58,228 bases of DNA from Abditibacteriaceae bacterium (GCA_031372065.1 JANMKN010000250.1:1-58228); one strand, 5' to 3'; numbered from the stretch's first letter, positions 46,761-57,686 are shown. Made by a program: numbers and translations. The notes: generated from the letters alone by a model not told the origin.

Positions 46761-47630
46761 CTAAGTAGATTTATCCCTTATAGGGTGCTTGCGCTGCCTT
46801 CGTCGTGCGCTTTTGCGGCGCTCTCGAACTGCCAGAGCGTGATTTTGCACTTTCGTGTTGTCTGCTTCCAACGAAGTTACTTCGCCTTGTCGCGCTTCAA
46901 TTTCATTTCGTGCCGTAGCGGCATCGCGCAGCATAGATTGATATTCTTTGAAGATTTGAATTTCGCCATTTGCAGACTGATTTCTTTTCCAAGGCTCGGC
47001 TAAATAATGGTAATCCATGCCATAACTGTTGGGTTTAAGGCGGGCTGTGATAAAAGCCTGACGGCGCAAAATATGGGGCGGTGCAGCATAACAAATGCAA
47101 CTACCACAACGGCGCATAACTTCTCGCGTATCGGCTTCTTGGTAATCCTCCCACCACGGATAAATTTTCATGGCCTGCCAGAAGCTAAAATGTGTTTCAT
47201 TGCTTTGTTGCTCGGCTTCTTTTATGTAATTCAAAGCAGCGTCCAAACCGAAAGTCAGGCAACGCACCGTTGTGTGAGGCACACCGGGATTTTTCATTTT
47301 GTGGCGAAGATGCGCAAAATGTTTGGAGTTCAAAGGAGTCAACTGAGACGAAGTGAGAATAATGGGTTCGCTTGGTTCGGCATCGAATGGGTTCGGCACG
47401 ACAAATTCTCCAGAAAGATAGACCAAAGTATTCGCCTGACGCTGATATGATAATCCCCACATCAAACGCGACAAGAATTGCGAGCCACTTCTATCGGAAA
47501 TAATGTGCCATGTGTTATGGAAGTAGTTGGTGCTGAAAAACACTTTGGTGCCGGGACGCGGCACTAAAATACGGTAAGTCACATCGCCAACAGGCTCCAA
47601 ATATAAATGGAGTTTCAAGCGCGCATCCAC
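46761..47630 (-). CDS. Hypothetical protein
   Basis: 289-aa ORF directly downstream of the sigma factor; no motif recognised. Confidence 0.65.
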   Translation of the reverse strand: MDARLKLHLYLEPVGDVTYRILVPRPGTKVFFSTNYFHNTWHIISDRSGSQFLSRLMWGLSYQRQANTLVYLSGEFVVPNPFDAEPSEPIILTSSQLTPLNSKHFAHLRHKMKNPGVPHTTVRCLTFGLDAALNYIKEAEQQSNETHFSFWQAMKIYPWWEDYQEADTREVMRRCGSCICYAAPPHILRRQAFITARLKPNSYGMDYHYLAEPWKRNQSANGEIQIFKEYQSMLRDAATARNEIEARQGEVTSLEADNTKVQNHALAVRERRKSARRRQRKHPIRDKST

Positions 47631-47675
47631 GGCGCGCCGGTTGGCGGGTTGCTGTTGTTTAATTGAATGTTTCCT

Positions 47676-48635
47676 TTAATCTTCGAAAAGCTCGCGCAGA
47701 TTTTCAGCTTGGCGCAGAGTATTGCGCGCTTCGCGTTCGATTTGGCGCACGCGCTCGCGGGTTATATGTAGGCGTTTTGCGATGGTCGCCAGCGTCATAG
47801 GCGCCTCGCCATGCAAACCATAGCGCAAACTCAAAATTTCCGCGTGGCGCACGGGCAATTGGTTAATCGCTTCATGCACGGTAGCACAAAACCGCTCCCG
47901 GTCAATGGTGTTTGTAGCGTATTCTAAGGGCGATAAGGCCTCGGTGTCTTCCAGCACATCTTCCAGTGTCAAAGTGCCCTCTTCGCTGAGCAACATCAAT
48001 TCCAGCGATGTCAAATCCTGCGCTTGCTCTCGCAAGGCTTGCACGCGTTCTGGTGGCAAGCCAACATGATTGGCTATTTCTGCTGTAGCAGGTTCGCGTT
48101 CCAAGGTTTGGGTTAAAGCCACTCGCACCTTTTCCACGCGCTGAAGGCTTTCTATAACGTGTAACGGCAAGCGAATGGTGCGTCCCGTGTCGGAGATAGC
48201 CCGCATGATCGCTTGGCGAATCCAAAACGTAGCATAAGTCGAAAATCTGTAGCCCAAACGATGGTCAAACTTGCGCACCGCCCGCATTAAACCCACAACG
48301 CCTTCTTGAACAAGGTCGGCTAAGGCCAATGACGGACCAGCTAAACGCTGACAACGCCGCGCAATGGAAACGACCAAGCGAAGATTGCAACATACCATCC
48401 GCTGAAAGGCTTGCTCATCGCCCTCGCGCACAAGTTGGGCCAATTCGATTTCCGCTTCAGGGCTTAAAAGAGCGAATTCGTCGGCCTGATTCCAACACCC
48501 AAAAAAGGCGTTCGACAAAAAAGTGTCGTGGTCAGGTTCTCCGGTGGCAGGAGGCATCGCTGTGCCGGAGGGGAAACCGATGTCATGTTCGCCCGGTTCC
48601 TGAAAAAATCCAAGTCTTGCTTCACTCTGCTGCAT
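47676..48635 (-). CDS. RNA polymerase sigma-70 factor (RpoD/RpoS-like, lacking region 1.1)
   Basis: NLRLVVSIA, DLVQEG, GYRFSTYATFWIRQAI, TIRLP, TRERVRQIE. Confidence 0.93.
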   Translation of the reverse strand: MQQSEARLGFFQEPGEHDIGFPSGTAMPPATGEPDHDTFLSNAFFGCWNQADEFALLSPEAEIELAQLVREGDEQAFQRMVCCNLRLVVSIARRCQRLAGPSLALADLVQEGVVGLMRAVRKFDHRLGYRFSTYATFWIRQAIMRAISDTGRTIRLPLHVIESLQRVEKVRVALTQTLEREPATAEIANHVGLPPERVQALREQAQDLTSLELMLLSEEGTLTLEDVLEDTEALSPLEYATNTIDRERFCATVHEAINQLPVRHAEILSLRYGLHGEAPMTLATIAKRLHITRERVRQIEREARNTLRQAENLRELFED

Positions 48636-48667
48636 AGCTCACCACTGAATAATGTTACAAAGAGTGG

Positions 48668-48685
48668 TGTTACAAAAACGTAACA
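48668..48685. promoter_or_regulatory. Palindromic operator-like site upstream of the sigma gene
   Basis: TGTTAC-AAAAAC-GTAACA plus an extra TGTTAC half-site at 48653. Confidence 0.45.
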
Positions 48686-48755
48686 AATCGGCCTTATTTT
48701 GGCCAAAAACAGCGAGAACATCGGAGATAAACGCAGAAATGTTCAATACAGAACA

Positions 48756-49205
48756 TTAGGAATCGGCTTTTGGTGTAGTAAGCGGATTTTTCAGCGGGTC
48801 TTCCACCCACCACGAGCCATCGGTAGCCACTTCTTTTTTCCAAATGGGAACGCGCGATTTTACTTCGTCCACGGCCCACGAGCAGGCAGCGAAGGCTTCT
48901 TTGCGATGGGGCGACGCCACAGCGACAACAATGCTCGCTTGTCCGACTTGCAACAAGCCCAAGCGATGCGCCATCGCGCAGGGCACGCCCCACCGCTCGC
49001 GCACTTCCTCGGCGATGCGTTGCATTTCGGCCTCGGCCATCGGTTTGTAGGCTGAATATTCCAAATGCTGAATTTGGTGTCCTTGCGCATGGTTGCGCAC
49101 GGTGCCGACAAAGGTCGCCAAGCCACCCATAGCGCCACCCAATTCTTGCATGACGGACTGCGTGACTGCTTCAATCGGCAGTTCTGTTTCAACGATTTGA
49201 ATCAT
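48756..49205 (-). CDS. moaE: Molybdopterin synthase catalytic subunit
   Basis: FVGTVRN, LEYSAY, HRLG, SPHRKEAF, VPIWKKE. Confidence 0.95.
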   Translation of the reverse strand: MIQIVETELPIEAVTQSVMQELGGAMGGLATFVGTVRNHAQGHQIQHLEYSAYKPMAEAEMQRIAEEVRERWGVPCAMAHRLGLLQVGQASIVVAVASPHRKEAFAACSWAVDEVKSRVPIWKKEVATDGSWWVEDPLKNPLTTPKADS

Positions 49206-49222
49206 GGAGATTTAATGGAAAT

Positions 49223-49480
49223 TTAACCGCCCGCCACTGGCGGAATGAAGGCGATTTCGTCGGCAGGCCGAATCGGTTGTTCGAGCGTGACATAAGCGCA
49301 GTTGACGGCAATTTTGGTGTGCGGCAACCACACGGCAAGCTGCGGATATTGCGCGGCACAAGCGGCTAACAAATCTGGGGCTGTCGTTTCATCAGAGGGC
49401 AGTTCGATATTGATCGAAGTCCCTGCTTTTTCGCGCAGCATAGCAAAAAGCAAAACGGTATATATATGCGGATTCCCCAT
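49223..49480 (-). CDS. moaD: Molybdopterin synthase sulfur carrier
   Basis: LFAMLRE, IAVN, C-terminal IPPVAGG. Confidence 0.93.
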   Translation of the reverse strand: MGNPHIYTVLLFAMLREKAGTSINIELPSDETTAPDLLAACAAQYPQLAVWLPHTKIAVNCAYVTLEQPIRPADEIAFIPPVAGG

Positions 49481-49485
49481 AAAAA

Positions 49486-52400
49486 TCACTCGGCGCTGAT
49501 TACCGCTTCACCACTGCTGGGCAAATTGCGCCATGCAACAGCCACCTTGTCACTTTGGTGTATTGAATTAGCGGACAATTTCAGCGCGACAGACGAACCA
49601 TTGCGTTTGGCACTAACGATTTGCACTTTCTGACCATTGACCTGCACCGCAAAATTGTTGGCGTCATTGGCCACATCAGGAAGCGAGGCCGCGAAATTCA
49701 AGGTGACTGTTTGTGCTTGAAGATTCACTTCAATGCTGGACAATAGCGGGTTGTTCTGCGCCGCAGGCACACTTTGTTTTGCGTTGGCACCGGTGATTTG
49801 CCATGTGCCGAATTGTTCGTAATTATCCAACAAATTGCCGCGATCCCGACAAAACAAAAACAAGGCTTGACTGGTATCCACATAAGTTGCCGAGGTCAAG
49901 GTTATGCTCCAATTGACGAATAAATCGTTGCCAGCGCGGTTGATAGTGGTGTTCAAACAATGCAATTTGCCCCGTTTGTTGGCGATGATATTGTTGCTGC
50001 CCGGCGCGAAACCACCAATGTAACCGGTGCCCGCATCGTTGATAAGATACAGCAGATTGGCCTGCACATCGTAGAAAGTTTGCAATCCTGTCGTTGGATT
50101 GGCACCAATGCGCAAAATGGCCTGCGCCAGATTGCTGGCTCCGTTGGCATCTTGATACCTTGCTCCCACCGTTTGCTGCGAGTTAAGCGGCGAAGCAATG
50201 CTATCGGGTGTAATGCTGATGTTAATCGGCGCGCTGTTACTGCCTACTGCCCACGAGCCTTTGATAGCAAAAGGAGCCAACGAATTGCCACGGTCGCGGG
50301 CAAACATCCAGACATTCTGTTTAGTGCCGGCCCACGGATTGTGAGTCACCGCAATACGCCATTTAATCGTCAAGGTATTGCCATTGCGCGTGACCGTTGT
50401 ATTAGAGCAATCCAATGTGCCATGCTGGTTGGTGATGGCCGCACTGGTGCCCGGCGCAAAGCCGCCTAAATAGCCGGTGGCGGTGTCGTTGAGCAGATAT
50501 AATTTGTCGCCCAATTGATCGTAAAAGGCTTGCAAACAATCATCAAAGGGCGTGCCAACGCGCAACATAAGCTGCGACAGGCTATCGGCGCCGTTGGCAT
50601 CGGTGTAAACCGTCGTCAGGTCCTGCGCGACACCTAAATTAGCTGTGATCGCTGTCGGCGATAAGCTGGTATTCACCGGCGCTACATTGCCGGTGATTAG
50701 CCAGTTGCCAAAGGCTTCAAAATTGTCAATAAAATTGCTTTTATCGCGCGTGAAAAGGAAGCAATTTAAGCGCAAACCAGACAATTGCGCCGTTGGCGTC
50801 ACGTTCCACGCAATCGTGATATTGTTTCCAGACCGTGTCACGGTGGTTTTCGAGCAATCTAATGAACCACGCGCATTGGAAATCACATTATTGCTACCCG
50901 GCGCAAAGCCGCCGAGGAAGCCTGTTCCCGCGTCATTCAAGAAGAACAACAAGTTATTCGTCGCTGCATAATAGCAGCGCAGGGCGCCGACACCGGATGT
51001 ATTGGTATTGAGTTGCAGCATCGCCTGCGAGATGTCATCGTTGCCATTCGGGTCAGAATGAACTGTAGTAAAGACGCGCGCTGTGGCCGGTGCATTGGAA
51101 GAAGCCTGTGGCGACAAACTCAAATTGACGGGCGCATTGCCGTTTATATCATTGTCCACAATGGTAACCACGCCCCGATTATCGGCGAGCGTGGCGCCCG
51201 TTGGAGCGCTAAGGTCAACAAAAAACGTTTCGTTGGCTTCGGGATTGGTGTCGCCGATAATGGAAATCACAACCGTGCGCGAAGTCTGCCCGGCTGTAAA
51301 GGTCACCGTGCCGATTTTCGCCGTGAAATCACTGCCCGCCACTGCCGAAGCGCTGGCCGTCGCATAATTTACGGTGACATTGCTCACACTGGCGGCAGAA
51401 AGCGTGAGCGTCAAAGTAGCGTTCGTGGTGCCGCTATTGCCCTCCGTCACGGAAACATCGTTGATAGAAATGGTCGGGCTGTCGTCATTAATAATGGTGA
51501 CCACACCGCGATTATCGGCCAAATTAGCGCCCGCAGATGAACTGAGATCAACGAAAAAGGTTTCATCGGATTCAATATTTGTATCGCCGGTCACGGAAAT
51601 CACAACCGTGCGCGAAGTCTGCCCGGCTGTAAAGGTCACCGTGCCGCTTTTGGTCGTGTAATCGCTTCCAGCCACCGCCGAGGCATCTGTGGTGGTGTAA
51701 TTTACCGTAACGTTACTGGAACTGGCGGCAGAAAGTGTGAGTGTCAAAGTGGCGCTCGTGGTTGCGCTATTGCCCTCAGTCACGGAAACATCGCTGATGG
51801 CAATGGTGGGAAGGGCCGTATTTTGAAATGACCAGCCCAAATCTTTCATAATTCCGGTGACAACGGCACCGGGATTGTGCGTATTGGCACTACTAAACGG
51901 CGTCATCAATTCGTCGTTGGCATTGGGCGCAGTGCCGTCGGGCGGCGGGCTGAAAGTCGTTTCGTCCAAATGCGAGACGCTTGAACCACTTTCATAGGGA
52001 TTCGGCGCATAAATTTTTGCATTGGCGTTGCTGTTGGCGGCGCGCGTATTGGTGCCCGAAAAGAACAGCGAAGCGCTAATGAGCGCGGCGGCGCGTTGGG
52101 CTGGTGTTTGATTGGAAATTAATGTCGCGCCAGCCGCAGAACCGTTTGCCAGATGAAGATCATAAATAGAAGGATTAGTCAGGGCATAGGAGCCATCGGT
52201 ATTTACCGTGTCCAAAAAACCCAATCCATGACACAATTCGTGCAGGGCGATGGTGTAAAAATCAATATCGCTGCCCGCTTGTAAATCGGTGCCGTAGTAA
52301 AAACCAATGCTGCCTAAAACGGTGCTGTTATCTACATCGCTGTTGAAAGTGGCGGTTATATCTACAAAACCGGGGTCTAAATCGGTATCGGCCAATTGAT

Positions 52401-52743
52401 TCGCCAAAGGCACCGCGTAAAAAGTATTGGGCTGTGGCGTGCCTGTCCAATCTTCGAAAAACGATTCCGGCCCGGCAAAAGCTAAAGTCGCCGAATTGGA
52501 ACTACCGCCCTGCGGATCGAAAAACGCGTTAATGCGCACTGGCACGTTGCCGTTTAGTGTTTGCCCCCATTGTGAAGCTGCCGCTTCCAGCGCATTGCGC
52601 CGTGCCGCACCCAAAGTCGGGTCGTTAAAACCTTCATTAACGCCGTCGCCATAGGTCACTAAAACCGTGACAGCGCGCGCGGGCATTAGAAAAACCGCCA
52701 TGAAGCAAGAACAAAACAAAACCGCCATCCAGCAACGCCGCAT
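49486..52743 (-). CDS. Secreted zinc metallopeptidase with two Calx-beta domains and three Ig-like repeats
   Basis: HELCHGLGF, GSSVSHLDE, LMTP; two ISI.DVSVTEGN...ETFFVDLS Calx-beta units; three AP.N.S..P...GGFAPG...RD repeats. Confidence 0.85.
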   Translation of the reverse strand: MRRCWMAVLFCSCFMAVFLMPARAVTVLVTYGDGVNEGFNDPTLGAARRNALEAAASQWGQTLNGNVPVRINAFFDPQGGSSNSATLAFAGPESFFEDWTGTPQPNTFYAVPLANQLADTDLDPGFVDITATFNSDVDNSTVLGSIGFYYGTDLQAGSDIDFYTIALHELCHGLGFLDTVNTDGSYALTNPSIYDLHLANGSAAGATLISNQTPAQRAAALISASLFFSGTNTRAANSNANAKIYAPNPYESGSSVSHLDETTFSPPPDGTAPNANDELMTPFSSANTHNPGAVVTGIMKDLGWSFQNTALPTIAISDVSVTEGNSATTSATLTLTLSAASSSNVTVNYTTTDASAVAGSDYTTKSGTVTFTAGQTSRTVVISVTGDTNIESDETFFVDLSSSAGANLADNRGVVTIINDDSPTISINDVSVTEGNSGTTNATLTLTLSAASVSNVTVNYATASASAVAGSDFTAKIGTVTFTAGQTSRTVVISIIGDTNPEANETFFVDLSAPTGATLADNRGVVTIVDNDINGNAPVNLSLSPQASSNAPATARVFTTVHSDPNGNDDISQAMLQLNTNTSGVGALRCYYAATNNLLFFLNDAGTGFLGGFAPGSNNVISNARGSLDCSKTTVTRSGNNITIAWNVTPTAQLSGLRLNCFLFTRDKSNFIDNFEAFGNWLITGNVAPVNTSLSPTAITANLGVAQDLTTVYTDANGADSLSQLMLRVGTPFDDCLQAFYDQLGDKLYLLNDTATGYLGGFAPGTSAAITNQHGTLDCSNTTVTRNGNTLTIKWRIAVTHNPWAGTKQNVWMFARDRGNSLAPFAIKGSWAVGSNSAPINISITPDSIASPLNSQQTVGARYQDANGASNLAQAILRIGANPTTGLQTFYDVQANLLYLINDAGTGYIGGFAPGSNNIIANKRGKLHCLNTTINRAGNDLFVNWSITLTSATYVDTSQALFLFCRDRGNLLDNYEQFGTWQITGANAKQSVPAAQNNPLLSSIEVNLQAQTVTLNFAASLPDVANDANNFAVQVNGQKVQIVSAKRNGSSVALKLSANSIHQSDKVAVAWRNLPSSGEAVISAE

Positions 52744-52851
52744 ACAAAATCCCTTCTGTCCTGTCACAGGTTGAACAACACTTTTACGACCGTAAAATTG
52801 AAACGCCACACGAATTAAGGCTTTTCATCGTTCCAATTGGCACAAAAGACC

Positions 52852-55047
52852 CTACCCATTCGCCGCGTGTTCCACCGGAGCCGCGAATTTCTCGATTTCA
52901 TCCAAATTATCGGTCAATTTGCATTCGGGCAACGATTGCAAAAACGTGGCGCCATAGTTTTTCGTGACTATGCGCGGGTCGAGAATCGCCACGATGCCGC
53001 GATCACTGCGCGTGCGAATCAGGCGCCCGAAGCCTTGACGAAACATCATGACCGCTTGCGGCACTTGGTATTCATTGAAGGGATCATGGCCGTTGGCGCG
53101 CATTTTTTCGACACGCGCCTGCACCAACGGGTCATCCGGCACGGCAAACGGCAATTTCATGATGACCACGCAAGTTAATGATTCGCCCGGCACATCCACG
53201 CCTTGCCAGAAACTCGTGGTGCCGACCAAAACCGAGGCCACGTCTTCCCGAAAATCGTTAAGTAATTGACCACGCGCGGTTTCGCCTTGGCGCAAAATTT
53301 TGATGTCGCGCGGCATGACTTGGGTCAAAAAGCGCGCCGTGGCATCCACCATGCGAAAACTGGTGCAAAGCACAAAAGCACGTCCGTGTGTGCGTTTTAC
53401 GACTTCCGCCGCGCGTTTGATGGCCGCGCTTTCAAAGTAACTCACGTTGGCCGGGTCGGGTAAATCGCGCGCTAAATAAAGCAGCGCGTTATTGCGAAAA
53501 TCAAAAGGCGAACCCAAGGTGAGCGTTTCCACTTTTTGCTGTGATTTTTCTTCGTCAAGCCCCAAGCGCTGTTTCAAGAATTCAAAATTGCCGCCGGTTG
53601 CTAAAGTCGCCGAAGTGAGAACCACCGGCACGATTTTGCCGAACACGGTTTCTTGCAACGGCGCCGCGACTTCAATCGGCGCGCCGTGCAGCGATAATCG
53701 TGGCACGCGCCGCGAAGCGCCATCGCCTTGACGCGGTTGCGCTGCCGCCCAATAAACGTAATCGGGTTTGGTCATGGCGATTAGTTCGCCCGCCGCTTGT
53801 TTGGTGGTGGCCGCGCGCGCTGCAAAACCTTCGAGGTCTTTGCAAAGGCCATCGTCGTTTAAGGTCGCCGCCAATTTCAACGCATCGCGCAAAACATCTT
53901 CTAAACGCGTCAGCGGCTCGGCCAAGGCGTTTTCCATGAAATTGGGGTGGCGCAAACGCAAAGTCGTGGATTTGGTGGCATCCAAATTCGTTGTCGTTTG
54001 CAGATTTTCAAAAAAGCGCCCCGTTGCTTCGCGCGCTTCTTCAGCGGCTTCGATAAGACGATTTTCCAAGTCTTCACGCTGCTCGTTGGGCAAGGCGCTA
54101 CCGGTTATCACGGTGCGATTGGAGCGGCGATGGTGCAACAACTCAATGAGGCGCGCCACGCCCAAATTCACAATTTCCACGCCCAAATGCGCGCTCGCCA
54201 CATCTTCGATATGATGCGCTTCGTCAATCACCAGCGCGTCGAAAGCCGGCAAAACGCCGCCGCCCGCCTGAACCGCCGCATTGCCGCCCGCCGCGAGATG
54301 CGCAAACAAAAGATGATGATTCGCGATGAGAATATGCGCTTTTTCCTGCTCGCGCCGCGCAATGTAATAAAACGATTTCTCGTAAAACTCGCAGTTGCGC
54401 CCCAAACACAAATCGCTTTCGCGATTGACTTGCGACCACAATTGCGAACTGGCTTCAAACTTCAAATCGAGATTGCGCCCGGTCTTTGAGCGTTGCGCAA
54501 AGGAGCGCAAACGTTGCAGTTGGTCTACTTCTTCGCGCGAGGCAAAAAGGCCGCCGACTTGCGCTTTTTCGAGGCGACGCGGGCAAATGTAATTTTGCGA
54601 ACCAAGACACAGGGCGAAGCGAAATTCCAAACCGGCTTTTTGCAGCAGCAAATCGTGAAGAAACGGCAAATCGCGCTCAATTAACTGCTGTTGCAGCGCT
54701 TTGGTGTGCGTGGCGATGAGAACTTTTTTATTGTTTTCGACAGCCCATAAAATAAAGGGCACCAAATACGCGTAACTTTTGCCCGTCCCGGTGCCCGCTT
54801 CGACTAACAAATGCGATTTATTTTCGATGGCGTTGGCAACGGCCAAGGCCATTTGTAATTGTTCGGGGCGCTCTTCAAAATCGCGCTTTTGATTGGGCAT
54901 CGCCGCTGCCAAAAGGCCACCGTGCGCGAAAACGCGCTCCAAAGCAGCGGCGCCAAACGACAAGGCTAATTCGGGCGAAGGATGAGTTTGAGAAGTGGAA
55001 TCGGACGCGCCACGCCGCGAAAGCGTGCGCCGGGAAGCTAAAGACAC
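52852..55047 (-). CDS. dinG: DinG/YoaA-family ATP-dependent helicase
   Basis: EAGTGTGKS, IDEAH, LTSATL, FWQGVDVPG, QGFGRLIR; Fe-S cysteines. Confidence 0.92.
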   Translation of the reverse strand: MSLASRRTLSRRGASDSTSQTHPSPELALSFGAAALERVFAHGGLLAAAMPNQKRDFEERPEQLQMALAVANAIENKSHLLVEAGTGTGKSYAYLVPFILWAVENNKKVLIATHTKALQQQLIERDLPFLHDLLLQKAGLEFRFALCLGSQNYICPRRLEKAQVGGLFASREEVDQLQRLRSFAQRSKTGRNLDLKFEASSQLWSQVNRESDLCLGRNCEFYEKSFYYIARREQEKAHILIANHHLLFAHLAAGGNAAVQAGGGVLPAFDALVIDEAHHIEDVASAHLGVEIVNLGVARLIELLHHRRSNRTVITGSALPNEQREDLENRLIEAAEEAREATGRFFENLQTTTNLDATKSTTLRLRHPNFMENALAEPLTRLEDVLRDALKLAATLNDDGLCKDLEGFAARAATTKQAAGELIAMTKPDYVYWAAAQPRQGDGASRRVPRLSLHGAPIEVAAPLQETVFGKIVPVVLTSATLATGGNFEFLKQRLGLDEEKSQQKVETLTLGSPFDFRNNALLYLARDLPDPANVSYFESAAIKRAAEVVKRTHGRAFVLCTSFRMVDATARFLTQVMPRDIKILRQGETARGQLLNDFREDVASVLVGTTSFWQGVDVPGESLTCVVIMKLPFAVPDDPLVQARVEKMRANGHDPFNEYQVPQAVMMFRQGFGRLIRTRSDRGIVAILDPRIVTKNYGATFLQSLPECKLTDNLDEIEKFAAPVEHAANG

Positions 55048-55311
55048 GCCCTCAGTTTATCATTGCCACCACTGTTGTTTGGCGATGAGTTCGACAAATT
55101 CAGCGAAGCGTGTTTTTGGTCATACTTAAGCGCGCCGCGTTTTCGGGTCATCTCGAAATACTTCAGACGGCAAAAGTGTTTCATAAGCAAGCCGACGCGC
55201 CTTATTTCTCCCGATGTTTCCTGTGATGAAATCATTGGCGCGTCTGTGGTAAAAACAGCCGGAATAATTCTCGGAAGACCCCGGAAGACAAACGCCTTTT
55301 AATCATCATCT

Positions 55312-57639
55312 ATGTCCAACACATCCAATTCAGCCACCGCTTCAGCCACCGACGTGACCGCCCTTGGTGATGCAGAACGTCCCGGCGCCCGCCGCGAACT
55401 GTTTATCGCCAGTTTCACGCTATTATTTTTTGAACTGGCCTGCATTCGCTGGTTCGGCAGCATGGTGATTTTCTTGACGTTTTTCACCAACCTCGTGCTG
55501 TTGGCCTGCTTTATTGGCATGAGCATTGGCTGCCTATCCGCGCACTCCAAACGCGATTTTTCCAAGCATACTCTCATGCTCGTGCTGACCGGCATGGTGC
55601 TGGGTTGGGGCACACTGATTGCCTATCAAACCTTTAGCAACCTCAACATAGATGTCGGCGGTCAATCTTCGCCGCAACAAGTGTTTTTCGGCACCGAATA
55701 TCGCGCGGGCGACCCTTCCAAAACAGCGATTCCCATTGAATTGATCGCCAGTTTCTTTTTTGTGATGATCGCCTTGCCTTTTATTGGTCTGGGGCAAAAA
55801 TTAGGGCAGGCTTTGGACGCAATTCCGAATCGCCTTGCCGGTTATTCCGTGGATATTGCCGGCAGTCTGACGGGTATTATTCTTTTTGGCATCGCTTCCT
55901 ATCTGCAAACGCCGCCCGTAGTGTGGATTACCATCAGCGCGGGATGCATTCTGTATCTTACACGCGACACATGGCAGGGAGCGAGACGGATTTTTACCCT
56001 TGCCACTGCCGCCGCCTTGGTTTTCATGGCGTTCATGGCTGGGATGTCAAACCACGGGGATTCAACCTATTGGTCACCCTACTACAAAATCAATTACGAC
56101 CCAATTACGCGCGGCATCGAAACGAACAATATCGGTCATCAACAAATGGTTGCCGTCGGCGACGATGGTTCGGCTTATTGCTTGGCCCACTTGCTACAAC
56201 GCGATTCAGGCGGCAAACCCTTCGAAGATGTGCTGATTATCGGCGCCGGTTCGGGCAACGATGTGCAAGGCGCGCGTTTCTTCGAGGCCAAACACATTGA
56301 TGGTGTAGAAATTGATCCCGTCATTCGGCGTCTCGGCAAACAATATCATCCCAAACATCCTTACGACGACCCGCGCGTGACGATTTACAACGACGATGGC
56401 CGTTCGTTTCTCAAGCGCACCGACAAGAAATATGATCTTGTCGTTTATGCGTTAGTGGACTCGCTGGTTTTGCATTCGGGCTACACCAGTTTGCGTTTGG
56501 AAAGTTATTTGTTCACGCAAGAAGCGATGAATGACATCAAGGCGCGCTTGAAGCCGGGCGGAATGTTCGCCATGTATAACCTTTTCCGTCAGGGTTGGGT
56601 TGTCGGGCGCCTGCAACAAATGACGAAGAACACTTTCGGCAGCGACCCCATCGTCATTACATTTCCCTATCATGAAACCATTCGCATGACCGATAGCCAA
56701 AGGGGAATTACCACCTTTGTTTTGGCGGGCAACACCGGGCGCATTAAAGAAGCCTTCGCCAAAAACGGCGACTACTGGCTGAATAAAGTGCCCGAAGTCA
56801 ACAAGATGATGAAAACGTCGGCTTTCGGCGCGGCCCCGCCCAACACGAGCAAACGCTGGCAACGCATTGCGCCCGCGCGTTTGGACACTTCGTGGCCTGC
56901 CGCCGAAGGCCAAACGCCCTTGGACTTTTTGCCACGAGACAACTGGCCGTTTCTTTATTTGAAAGAAGCGATTATTCCGGGGTTGAATCTGCGCGGCATC
57001 GGCCTATTGGCCTTTTTATCCATTGCCCTGTTTTTGGCCGTAGGGCCGTGGCGCGAAAACAAGGACAACTTCAAAATTGCGGGCTACAAATTCAACGGGC
57101 GAATGTTCTTTTTGGGCGCTGGTTTCATGCTGCTCGAAACCAAAAGTGTGGTTCACATGGCGCTCTTGTTCGGCTCGACTTGGTATGTGAATTCCATCGT
57201 TTTCGCCGCCGTCTTAATAATGATTCTGCTGGCAAATTTGTTTGTGCATCAGTTCAAACCGAAGAACACCACGCCGTTTTATGCGCTTTTAATTCTCTCG
57301 CTTATTATTGGCATCGTGGTGCCGATGAACACCTTTTTGGCCTTGCCGGGCGCCCTGAAAATTATCGCGTCGTGCGCCGTGACATTCGCGCCGATTTTCT
57401 TCGCGGGCATCGTCTTCGCCACCACCTTTAGCGAAAGCAAAAACCCCGGACTCGATTTCGGCTGCAACATCGCCGGCGTAATGCTGGGCGGCCTCTGCGA
57501 AAATTTGTCGCTGATGCTCGGCTTTAGCAACTTGCTTGGCGTGGCGATTTTGTTCTACGTTCTATCGGCTCTCTTGCTGCCGAAAATCCGCGAAAGCGCA
57601 CCGATTCCTCTCGGCGTGCCCGTTCCGGCGGAAGGTTGA
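55312..57639 (+). CDS. Multi-TM spermidine-synthase-like SAM-dependent transferase
   Basis: TM blocks flanking VLIIGAGSGND, VEIDP, DDGRSFL; DNWPFLY; GAGFMLLE. Confidence 0.85.
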   Translation: MSNTSNSATASATDVTALGDAERPGARRELFIASFTLLFFELACIRWFGSMVIFLTFFTNLVLLACFIGMSIGCLSAHSKRDFSKHTLMLVLTGMVLGWGTLIAYQTFSNLNIDVGGQSSPQQVFFGTEYRAGDPSKTAIPIELIASFFFVMIALPFIGLGQKLGQALDAIPNRLAGYSVDIAGSLTGIILFGIASYLQTPPVVWITISAGCILYLTRDTWQGARRIFTLATAAALVFMAFMAGMSNHGDSTYWSPYYKINYDPITRGIETNNIGHQQMVAVGDDGSAYCLAHLLQRDSGGKPFEDVLIIGAGSGNDVQGARFFEAKHIDGVEIDPVIRRLGKQYHPKHPYDDPRVTIYNDDGRSFLKRTDKKYDLVVYALVDSLVLHSGYTSLRLESYLFTQEAMNDIKARLKPGGMFAMYNLFRQGWVVGRLQQMTKNTFGSDPIVITFPYHETIRMTDSQRGITTFVLAGNTGRIKEAFAKNGDYWLNKVPEVNKMMKTSAFGAAPPNTSKRWQRIAPARLDTSWPAAEGQTPLDFLPRDNWPFLYLKEAIIPGLNLRGIGLLAFLSIALFLAVGPWRENKDNFKIAGYKFNGRMFFLGAGFMLLETKSVVHMALLFGSTWYVNSIVFAAVLIMILLANLFVHQFKPKNTTPFYALLILSLIIGIVVPMNTFLALPGALKIIASCAVTFAPIFFAGIVFATTFSESKNPGLDFGCNIAGVMLGGLCENLSLMLGFSNLLGVAILFYVLSALLLPKIRESAPIPLGVPVPAEG

Positions 57640-57652
57640 AGCACCAAAAAGA

Positions 57653-57686
57653 AAAAAGCGGGCCATGAATTCATGGCCCGCTTTTT
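57653..57686. terminator. Bidirectional terminator
   Basis: AAAAAGCGGGCCATGAATTCATGGCCCGCTTTTT. Confidence 0.8.
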
